A stretch of 41,266 nucleotides of DNA from Parvularia atlantis (Eukaryota), in assembly GCA_943704415.1 (NCBI GenBank), contig CALSCO010000972.1:1-41266 (forward strand), in the 5' to 3' direction. The notes beneath the pieces were generated by a model. It searched no databases. It had not been told where the DNA came from and saw nothing but the letters and a program-made list of their open reading frames with translations. Shown here piece by piece: positions 1 to 11,129 of this stretch; position 1 is the stretch's first letter; each line of letters starts with the position of its first letter. Both the position numbers and the translations under genes were made by a program.

Positions 1-11
1 CCCCCCCGCAG

Positions 12-674
12 CAGCCTCAGCTTCCTCTACCCGCTCGACGTGCTCAACCGCGTCAAGCCGATGCTGATCTACGTCAACTCGGTCGTGTTTCTCTACACCT
101 ACTTTTCGCTGTGCATGATCCACGTGCAGCCCGGTGCGCCCGGTGCCCGTGCGCGTCGTGCGGGGCCGCTCACGCCGCGCACAGACTGGGCGTTCCTGCC
201 CGTTGTGATCGGGTCCATGCTCCACGCGATCATCTACTTCACGCTCGGCGCCAACTTCTGGTGCGCGCGCTGTGCGCGTCGCCGTGCTTGTGCGCGCACT
301 GAACGCAGCTGCCTGCACAGGAGCTACGCGCGGCTGTTCTACCCGAGGCCAATACCGCTCACGGGCAGCACGACCGTCCGCGTCGGCACGACCATGCCCG
401 TGCGCGCATCGCCTCGATCAACGCCTGTGCACGACTCACGCACTTCTTGCGTGTGCGGCAGGCCTGGTGGCTGCCGTGGTTCCTGTCGCTGTGCCTGTTT
501 GCGCAGGCCGCGCTGACGGTCCTGCCGCTGTTCTGCATTAACCTGTTCTTCTCGCACTTTATGATCTTCCACAGCTCGTTCATCGTGGCCGAACTCGCGC
601 CGATCGTGCTCATCCTCGGCGTGCTGCAAGAAAGCGCGTCCAACTATTTTGTGACCGCCGCCGCAGCCGCATGA
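12..674 (+). CDS. Multi-pass membrane protein, 5'-truncated (3' exons only), family not recognised
   Basis: Four exons joined by GT-AG introns give SLSFLYPLD...YTYFSLCMIHVQP-DWAFLPVVIGSMLHAIIYFTLGANFW-SYARLFYPRPIPLTGSTT-AWWLPWFLSLCLFAQAALTVLPLF...VLILGVLQESASNYF..* with several hydrophobic helices. Stop at 672-674. Confidence 0.6.
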
Positions 675-756
675 CGCGCTCCTTCGCCAGTGTTACCGCT
701 TTGCAATGTACAGCTGCCTGCCTGCCGCATGCGCACAAACGCCCCGGCCCCGGCTC

Positions 757-1495
757 TCACGCATCCGGCGCGCCTGCTTCGACGGCGGCCTTGGCGCTCT
801 GGTACAGCGCGATCTTGCGCCGCAGCTCGCCGGCCGTCTGCTGGAACGGGTTGAGCTTGAGGTCGCGCGCCATCGCCTGCGGTCCGCTGATCAGCACCGG
901 CAGCACACACTGAGACGCAGCGCCACACCTCCACATCGTCGCCGTGCTTGCGCAGCAGCGTCTCGACGAACCCGACCTCGCCGTGCGACATGTGCCGCTC
1001 GGCCGGCGCGTCGTGCGCGGCCAGCTCTTCGAGCTCTGCACACGCGCACGTCAGCGTGGTCGATGCAGAGTGCAGGCGACGCGCAGCACCGTTCAGCAGC
1101 GTCGGGTCGGCCGGTGCGCCGCCGTGGCCCTTGACGACGCTCTTGTTTGGGTCGAGCGCGAGCCCAAGCCGCTCGTAGTTCTCGGTCAGGGTCGCGTGGG
1201 TGTCCCACACGCGCGCGATGTTCTCGTTCGGAATCGTCACCTGCGCGCTCGCCCCCCGAACGCGCGCGTCAGCGCCGCTCACGGCAGCAGCAGACGGGGC
1301 CGTCACCTTGCGCGCCTTGCGGTTCGCCACGTGGCGCGTCGCCTTGAGCCGCGGATTGCGCGTCTTCGCGCTGCGCCGTCGCGATCGCCCACACACGCGC
1401 GTCAGCCACAAGACGATGCAGCGCCGCAGGCCCCCCACACGCCAGGCAGCACAGCCCACGAGCGCGCACCGCTGAGCCGGCGTCTTCTTGCCCAT
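757..1495 (-). CDS. NOP16: Nucleolar protein 16 (60S biogenesis)
   Basis: Spliced product MGKKTPAQRAKTRNPRLK...IARVWDTHATLTENYERLGLALDPN...FVETLLRKHGDDVEAMARDLKLNPFQQTAGELRRKI. The W-D/NY-xx-LGL and KHGDDxxAMARDxKLN-x-Q-T motifs are typical of Nop16. Confidence 0.93.
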
Positions 1496-1635
1496 CTTGA
1501 GTTGGATGCGCTCGACTGTCGACAAAAGTGTGGCTGGCAGCGCGCATGACGCACCATGGCCAGCGGCGTGGCTGGGAGCGCGTGTTATGCATGGTGGCCG
1601 CTGAGAAACGTGGGTGGAACAGCGTACTTCGCATC

Positions 1636-2830
<1,195 letters not shown>

Positions 2831-2944
2831 GCACGGGCGCGCGGCTGATGAGGCAGTGAGACGACAGATGTGGCGGTGGCACTGAGAAAACGCCTCTCTT
2901 TGCGTGCCGCTTCCTGCCTTGCTGCTGCTTGGCGTCGCTGTGCG

Positions 2945-2945
<1 letters not shown>

Positions 2946-2985
<40 letters not shown>
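2946..2985. repeat. (GCT)n microsatellite
   Basis: About 13 GCT units in the intergenic space. Confidence 0.95.
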
Positions 2986-2986
<1 letters not shown>

Positions 2987-3053
2987 GGTGGCGCATAGAG
3001 AGCCGCGCCGCACGTGACTGACGTGCCGCCACCCAGGGGTCGATAAGCTCACA

Positions 3054-6000
3054 ATGCCGCTGCGCCTGCCGCTGCTGGTGCTCGCGGCGGCGTGGATCCT
3101 CGCGCTGCTCGCGACGCGGCCGACGGTGCAGACCGCCGCCGCGCGCCCGTGGTGCAGCTGCAGCACGACATGGGCGCCCGGGCGCGCCGTCCGCCCCGAC
3201 AACTTCACCGTGCCACGCGGCGACTTCGCCCCCGTCGCCAACGTGACCGCGAGCCTCTGCGGCGCGGCGGCGTACGGCGCCGACTGCCTCGGTGCGCCGT
3301 GCACCGCGCTTAACAAGCACGCCGGCGCGTGACTAAGTGGGCGCTGTCGCACGTGCCTGCAGCGTGCAGCTGCGACGCGCCGTGCAGCGCTATCGGCGAC
3401 TGCTGCCCCGACTACGCCGCCGTGTGCGAGCAGCCCGTGCCGCCACGTGCGTCGCGTGGTGCTTCGCGCCAATGTCAGGCAGCTGATGATGACGTGACAT
3501 TCGTCGCAGACGCGACGCATCGCCCGGCGCTGCTCGAGACCCTTGCGCCGCTCCACGTCCACATGCCGCTGCCCGCCGTGCTGTTCCAGGCGTACGGCTT
3601 CGTGACGGGGCTCACGCCGTGGCCGCCGGTGCGCCGCCTGCGGATGATTGCGTTATGGTCGCTGACTGACCGCGTTGCGCAGGCCGTGTCGATGAGCGAC
3701 ACGCCGATGTTTGTCTTTGGCGACAGCGACCTGCCCGAGGACGAGAGTGACGAGGGCCTGGTCAGCGCCGAGACTGTGCTCGCGGCCTTCATGACGCAGC
3801 GCGCCGACATCGTCGGCCGCGTGGTGCTGCTCCGCGGCGACATGGCCTTCATCTTCGAGTTCGTGACGCTCGAGCGTCTGGCCACGCACTTGCAGAGCCT
3901 GGGCGCCGTCGCGCTGGTCGTCGCCGGTGCGTGCTGCTGCTGTCCCCTGCACATGCGCGTTTTGTTCTCATCCGCCGCACGCAGCCGAGTCCTTCAACGG
4001 CCTCTGGGACACCCATGCGCCGCATGTCGACTATAGCGACGACGTGACCATCCCTGTCGTGCTCCTGCCGCAGCTGCAGTGCGTCTGCGCGCCGCACGTC
4101 TGCGCGCCGCACGTCTGCTCGCTCGCGTGCACTGTGTAGCTAACATGGCGGCCGTGCAGTCCGCTCGTGGCCGAGAAGAGTGAGGTCTGGAACAACACGT
4201 CGCGCATGCGCATCTCCGAGGGTGCGTGCGGGCTGGCCGTGGGCGACGCGCAGCTGAGTGCGCCCTGTTTGCCAGGCTGCCCGTCGACGTGCCTGCTGCA
4301 GTCGCGCTACCCGCTCGGCTTCCGCCCGACGAGCGTGCTAGAGCCGTTTGTCGACGTCGCGTCGCAGTCGCTCAGCAACATGCTGCTTGACCCGCGTGGC
4401 GACTCGTACTGCAACCCAGAGTGCAACAACGCCGCCTGCGGTGTGCCATGTGCTCTGTGCGGAGAGCCCATGGGCTAACGGTCCCACAGGCTTCGACTGG
4501 GGCGACTGCTGTGAGCGCACTTGCGTCGGCCCTGCGTGCGGCTCGGGCGTGTGCCGCGACCCGCGCTTCTCGACCGCGCAGGGTCCGCTCGTGCCCAGTC
4601 CCCGCGCCTGCTGGGCCTGACGCCGGTTCGACGCAGGGCTGGGCCGCGTCGCCGCGATGAAAAACGACACAACGCAGTGGGCGTACTCGGTGCACGAGGG
4701 CGACCGCACCACAAGCCTCGTGGCCATGGTCGAGGGCACGCTGCTGTACGCGTACACGTCGTCCGAGACGGCGCACGTCGCCAGCAACCACCCGTGCGCA
4801 GAGGCGTTGCGCGCGCAACCACTGCTGGTCGCTCACGCGTGCACCGCAGCTTCGAGCACATGACCATGCTTGGCCCGCCGGACGTGTGGTCGGCAGGCCT
4901 CTCTGTGCACGCGTGGTGCCCCGTCATCGATCCGTCGAGCGAGCGCCAGCTCGCGGAGCTGGCATGGTCAACCGAGGTGCCGGTCAAGCCGAATGCGCTC
5001 ATCGTCGCCACGTCGGACATGCGCCCTCACATCGTCAGCATCGTCGGTGCGCGCACACACGTCCGAGCCGCGCGGTGCTGACCGCGCCGGTGCAGCGTTC
5101 TCCCAGAACGGCACGCGGCACGAGGTGTGGGGCGAGGGCGAAGCCACGTCGGTCTACGGCGCCAAACCGCCCGCCGTCGTGTACCATCTGCGCGACATCG
5201 GCAGGTGCGTGCAGTGCCGAACTGCCTGCGCGGCCGCTGATACGTGTGCGCAGCGTCAAGGCGGGGCGGTTCGTGCTCAAGATCTGGGTCCCGTACGGCG
5301 AGCGCGAGACGTTTATTGGAGCCGGCGGCGTGCGCCACTCGCGCCAGTGCATCGACGCGCTGGGCGTGTCGTCCTCGGCCCGCGCCTGCGAGTCGATGAC
5401 CGAGCCGGTGCGCGCGTGCTCTCGGCTGTGGGTGTGTCTCACCCTCGATGGCGACAGGTGTGCACGCATCCGCTCGTCCGCGTGTTCCCGAACGCGTGCG
5501 CGGCGGAGGACGCCGGCTTCTCCATCTACGGCGACTGCCGCAACGAGGGTGCGAGCGCAGCCATCCACCCCACGCTGCGCTGCTCACGGCCGCGCGCGTG
5601 CGCTCGCAGGACTGTGCTTCTCATCGGCGCAGGCGCTGCTGGGAGTGCAGATCTGCCAGGTCTGGGTGTGGGCGCCAGTCAAGGGGTGGATGCTGACGGC
5701 GGGCTGCGCAGGCCACCGTGCTGGACATGCTCACGCGCAACGGCACGGTGTCGCAACACGCCATCGCCGTGTCGACCGTGACCGTGCCCGTGACAAATGC
5801 CTCGCTCGCGCTGGCCTTCTCGCTGCTCAACAACGACCTCTTCCTGCGCGCGCGATACATCTCGGCCGACTGCGCACGTGCGTGCGCTCGCGCGGCGGCT
5901 GCAGCCAGGCTCACGTCCGCGCGACGCGACGCAGACGTCTTTCAGAACTACACCTGTCGCATCCTCTACCCGATCTGCGGCGTGCCGCCCCAGTGCTTTG

Positions 6001-9000
6001 AGATCGTCTCGCGGACGGTGCAGGCGGCCTGCGGCGCGCGCTTTGCGGCTGAGGTGTTTCTCGAGTCGCTGCCGCTGTGCCACGTGCGTTCGACCGCCCT
6101 GCGGCGCGATTGACGCATCGCCTGACACGCGCGCGCGACGCAGACGGTGTGGACGATCACCCAAACGAGCCTGACGCCGTCGCCCTCTGCGGCCCCGGAG
6201 GCAGGGCGCGACCACGTGCTGGCGGCGGTGCATATCACCGCGATCGTCGTGTCGCCCCTGGCCTTCCTCGCGCTACTCGGCCTGCTCATCATCTGCGGCG
6301 CGCCGTACGTCAAGAAGAGCATTGTGCAGGTGCACGAGCATCTGCGCAACAGCCAACCGGCCCGCAGTGCCGACGTCGAGATGGACGCTGTGACGGTCGA
6401 GAGCGCCTACTGCCTGCGGCTGCAGCAGCTCGAGTCATCGATCGGCCCGGAGGTGTACAGCATGCTGGACGCGACCGGTCTGAGCGTGGCGCACTACGCC
6501 GCGCGCGCGGGCGACGTGTCGACGCTGCTGCTCGTGGCCGCGCGCGGGCACTCGCTGGACGCACCGGACGGCGTGCAGGGCGACACGCCGCTGATGCACG
6601 CCTGCCGCACGGGCCAGGCCAAGGCGGCACAGGTGCTGCTGGACCGGGCCTGCAACACCAACGCGCGCAACGCGCACGACGAGACGCCGCTGCACCTGGC
6701 CCTCGCGGCACGGCACGCGGATGTGGCATCACTGCTGCTCGAGCGCGACGCCGACGTGCGGGCGTGCACGGCGGCGGGCGTGACCGTCCTGCAGACAGCC
6801 GTGCAGAGCGGCATGACGGCACTGATCGAGCCGCTGCTGCGGCGCGGCGCGGACGTCTGCGCAGTTGACGAGGACGGGACCAGCGCGCTCATCGCTGCTT
6901 GTCGGCTGGACGCGGACGCCAGCTTGGCCGCCGTCAAGGCGCTCCTGCCGTACGAGCCGCGCATGGACCCGGTTGACCGCCTCGGCTTTACCGCCCTGCA
7001 TTGGGCCGCCTCGGTCGGCAACACCCGCGCCGCGCAGGCGCTGCTGAGTAAGGGCCAGTGCCATGTCAACGCGCTCAACAACCGCGGCGAGACACCGCTG
7101 CTCCTGGCGCAACGCGAGCAGCGGCGAGAGATGGCCGACTTGCTCCTCGCACTCGGCGGCGAGAGCGACGCGTCGGACACACACGCGCAAGTGCAGCGAC
7201 CCGTACACAAGCGTGCCGACACGAGCAGGGACTCGCCGGCGTACAAGAAGGTGCGAGGCGCACTCATGCGTGCCTGCGCTGCCGCACCTGACGCCGCCGC
7301 GCCGCAGCACCGGGAGGACGAGCTGCGCCAGGACTTGCTTATGCTGGTGACGTGCGGACGACTGGCCAACATGCCCGCCGGCATTCGCCTCGCGCCGAGC
7401 CCGTACCTCGCCGCCGTGCGTGCGATGGTCGAGCGCTGGGGCAGCAGCTCCGTCAATCTTGTGCGTGCTTGCCCTGTCCTGTGCGGCTGCAGGCGGCTGA
7501 AGCGAGCGCCGCGCCAGCTCGACAAACACGGCAACACGATCGCGCACTACGCCGCCGGGCGAGGCGACATCCAGACGCTGGCGTACATCCTGTCGCTGGA
7601 GCTGCATCAGGCGAGCGACGGCGAGCAGACGACGTGCGTGCGTGCGCGCGTGCCACGAGAAGGCTCACGTCGGCGCGCAGCACACCCGCGACCCTCACGA
7701 CCGAGGACTCGCAGGGCAACACGCCGCTGCACGTGGCCGCGAGCTCCGGGCACGAGCACTGCGTCCAGCTGCTCGTCCGCGCCGGCGCACCCGTGAACCA
7801 CACCAACAAGCAGGTGCGGCCCGCAGGCGCAGGTGGCACCACAGCTGACGGCGCGTGATCGCCCGACTAGGCGCAGACGGCGGTGATGCTCGGGGCGGCG
7901 GCCGGGCATACGCAGTGCTGCCTGCTCCTGGCCGAGGCCGGCTCGGCGCTCAACATCCACGACGTGCACTGTTGCGTCGACTGCCCGTTGCGACGCTTTT
8001 GTGCTGACGTGTACACGCCCCCCGCCCCAGCCGCTACCGCGATCGCCTACGCCGCCGGGTCCGGGCGGAGCGAGCTCGTGTCGTTGCTGATCCGTTACGG
8101 CGCCGACGCTGACCTGCGCGACGCGAGCGGGTCCTCGGCGCTGACGATCGCGGCGTGCTTTGGGCACACGGTGCGCTCGCGGTACACGGCCAGCTTTCGC
8201 TGTCGGGCTCACGGCACGGCAGGCAACGGCGCTCGAGCTGCTCGCAGCGCGCGTGAACGTGACGTGCGCCGACGCCAAGGGCTTCACGGCGCTGCACTGG
8301 GCCGTCGCGACCGACAACCGCGACCTTGTCGTGCCGCTGATCACGGCGGTGCGCGCGACGCACGGGGTGTTCGTGTTCTGTCGCTGACGGCCATCGCTGC
8401 CGCAGGGCGCCGACGTCAACGCGCCCAACGCGGCGGGGCTGACCCCGTACGGCATTGCGACCCAGGTCGGCAACCTGCCCATGCGGCAGCTGCTGTTCGA
8501 CACGGCCAGCCAGGCCGGCATCGCAGTGGCCGATGACACGACCTCGATGTCGTCAGGTGGTGCGTCGCGTGTGTGCATGTTATTGCGCGCCAGCAGCGCT
8601 GACATGCGCTGCCGCGCCGCAAGCAGACGACAGGATGGACGCCGACAACGTGCTGGAGGTCGTGCACGAAGCGCGTGCGGCCGCAGCGGCCAAGGGCCCG
8701 CGCAGGAAAGCAGGGTACGCCGCCGCGCCGGCCGGCAAGAAGCGCAGTCCAGCGCGGACAGCCCAGGTGCGAAACGCGCGCGTACACCTGCTTGTCCGCG
8801 GCTGACCGGGGCGGCAGGTCAAGCAAGCGGACGTCGTCATGGTAGCGCCGGCGCCGGCCCTCGCAAGCGCGTCCGACAGCGACTCGTATCGCGTGCGTGC
8901 CTGCCCGGCTGCGGCGGATCGCAGCTGAGAGAAACGCACGCGGCGGGTAGTTTTCGCTCTCGCCACCGTTGTCCGACTCCAGCCACGAGCTCAGCGACGG

Positions 9001-9197
9001 CGCGCCGCACGTGCCGCAGATGGACGCCGCGCAGGACGCCGCATTCCCGTTCCAGGAGGCGACGGCGCAGGACGAGCTGCTGTACTTTGCGCTGGCCGAG
9101 ATTGATGGCATGGTGCGCGGCTGTTGCGGCGCCCGTGCGTGCGTGTGTGTGTGTGCTGACACGGCTCCCGCGTCAGCTCTTCTCCACAGGACCGTGA
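3054..9197 (+). CDS. Single-pass receptor-like protein: signal peptide, somatomedin-B, PA-like, LNR (Notch) repeat, beta-sandwich, Frizzled-CRD-like, TM, intracellular ankyrin repeats
   Basis: More than 20 GT-AG introns splice in frame from ATG 3054 to TGA 9197. Motifs: signal MPLRLPLLVLAAAWILALLA; SMB CSCDAPCSAIGDCCPDYAAVC; PA-like GRVVLLRG...GAVALVV...TIPVVLL; LNR GDSYCNPECNNAACGFDWGDC; TM about 6216-6305; ankyrins GDTPLMHAC, DETPLHLAL, GFTALHWAA, GETPLLLA, GNTPLHVAA, GFTALHWAV. Confidence 0.85.
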
Positions 9198-9264
9198 GCG
9201 GGCCCACACATAAATGCCATTTTTGTTTGCTGTGCCTGATCCTGCAGAACACGCGCGCGCGCCT

Positions 9265-9968
9265 TCACCACTTCTTCTCGGGATGCTGCTTGTACGCCTC
9301 GTACTGGTCGCGGTTGAAGAACGAGACCTCGGTCTCGTTGCCTGCGCCTCCGTCGCGTGAGCCTCGCGCATTCCCGCTGCACCATACCCCGCCCGCGCAC
9401 GCACGGACGCCGTTCTCCCACAGCGACGCGTCGTCGCGCAAGATGTAGTCGTCGTGGTCGCGGTTGACGATAAGGTCGCTCGTCTGGCGCGGGCGGTTGA
9501 GCAGCGCGCACGCGATGCCGCCGATCGCGCACGTGCCTTGGACGCGTGCGCCGTGTGGAAGATCTTGAACGTGTCTGCGGCCGCGCGCGTCCGCGTCAGC
9601 GCGCGCCATCGAACGTGCTCGAAGCTGGCGGACCAAAGCTGTTGGTCTGGTACGGCCTGAGCGCGGGCGTCGCGCTGATCTCTGCCGTGTGCGCGACGGC
9701 GTTCGTGAGCGCGTCGATCGTGCGCGTGCGCGCAGCAGCAGAGGCGGCGCACTCTCCTGCACGAGCCGCCGCAGCTCCATCGGCGTGGCCTGCTCCAGAT
9801 CGACGCCGTGGAGCACGACGTTCTGCCGCAGATCGATTGAGCGGGCACGCGCACGGGACACGCAAGATCGCACGCGCGCACCTTGAACGTGCGGTACTCG
9901 AACGACTTGATCAGGCGCACGGTCACGGTCGCGTCGCGCGCGTGCTGCGCCGTCACCAGGTCGTCCAT
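9265..9968 (-). CDS. C2orf76: UPF0538 / C2orf76 (yeast Aim29-like, ubiquitin-like fold)
   Basis: ATVTVRLIKSFEYRTFKNVVLHGVDL...DTFKIFHTAHASKTSDLIVN...NETEVSFFNRDQYEAYKQHPEKKW*. One intron is GC-AG (9484-9536). Confidence 0.9.
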
Positions 9969-10083
9969 GCACGGGCGATGAGCGGGTCTAGAAGAGCACA
10001 TTACCCATCATGGCCGCGGAGTGACGGACGGGACGGACGCTGATCGCGCGCCTCGCTCGGTCACGCGCAGGGCCCACGGCGCA

Positions 10084-10642
10084 ATGAGCGCACCAGCAGC
10101 ACCTGCTGCACCTCCTGCACATCCTGCACCGGCAGGAGCAGCAGGAGCAGCAGCATCGCCTGTGGCGCAGCACGCCGGCGACGGCGAGCGTTTCCTGATC
10201 GAGCTCGAGTTTGTGCAGAGCCTCGCGAACCTGGCGTACCTCGAGTGTGCGTGGCACGCTGCTCGGTGCGCGCACATGCGCGGATGCTCACGCTCGTGCC
10301 CCGTGCAGACCTCGCGCAGGCTGGGTATATGAGGGACCCGGCGTTCGTGCACTACCTGCGGTACCTGACGTACTGGAAGCGGCCCGAGTACGCAAAGTAC
10401 ATCGTGTGCGTGCGCTGCTGCGCTTGCCCTGTGCGCGCGACGCGGCTGACGGAGGTCGCAGGTACCCGTACTGCCTCTACTTCCTCGAGATGCTGCAAGA
10501 CGAGGGCGTGCGGCGGGCGCTGGCGCACCACGAGACGGTGATGCACTTTCACAGCCAGCAGTACTACACGTGGCGGCACCACTACCGCGCGGTCAACGAG
10601 CTGCTGGGCGCGGGCGCCGACGCGGGCGCGATGGAGACGTGA
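10084..10642 (+). CDS. MED31: Mediator subunit 31 (Soh1)
   Basis: RFLIELEFVQSLANLAYLEYLAQAGY...[33 protein letters not shown]. Two introns. Confidence 0.97.
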
Positions 10643-11129
10643 GCGGCGCGGCTGTGGATGGAGAAGGCCGTAGCAACCATCGGGTCCGATTAAACACAGG
10701 TGCGACGCGTCTCAGCGTCAGACCGTTGCCATGTGTTTGAGCGGCCCGCATGGCCCCTCCCCGCTGCTGCGCAGTGGGACCGCGCGGCGCCTCCCTCGCG
10801 GGCCTCCCCTGGTCTCCCGTGCCGCACTCGCGCGCCCTCCACCTTCGTCCGTTCTTGACCGAGAAAGAATGCGTTTCACACTGGCATAGAGGGAGCGAAC
10901 CCACTTCGCGGTAGCCTGAGCTCCCTCAGGCTCAATTTTCGCTTTTCCTTTCCAGTTCACCCACCGTCTCCGCCTCGGCCTCCTGGTGCCTCCTGTGCCG
11001 CTCGCCACTGTCTTGTGCCGCCGCGTGCGCCGTCTGCGGGCCGCCGCGCGCTAGACGGGCGCTAGCGGCGCGACTAGCGCGTTGCTCCTTCTATTTCGAG
11101 CCTCACCGTTGCGCGCCGCCGCAGCGAAA

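Noticed and set aside
4079..4159. Apparent in-frame stops in the receptor gene (e.g. TAG at 4137-4139) suggesting a pseudogene or readthrough
   Set aside because: They fall inside GT-AG introns with good branch points, and the spliced frame stays open.
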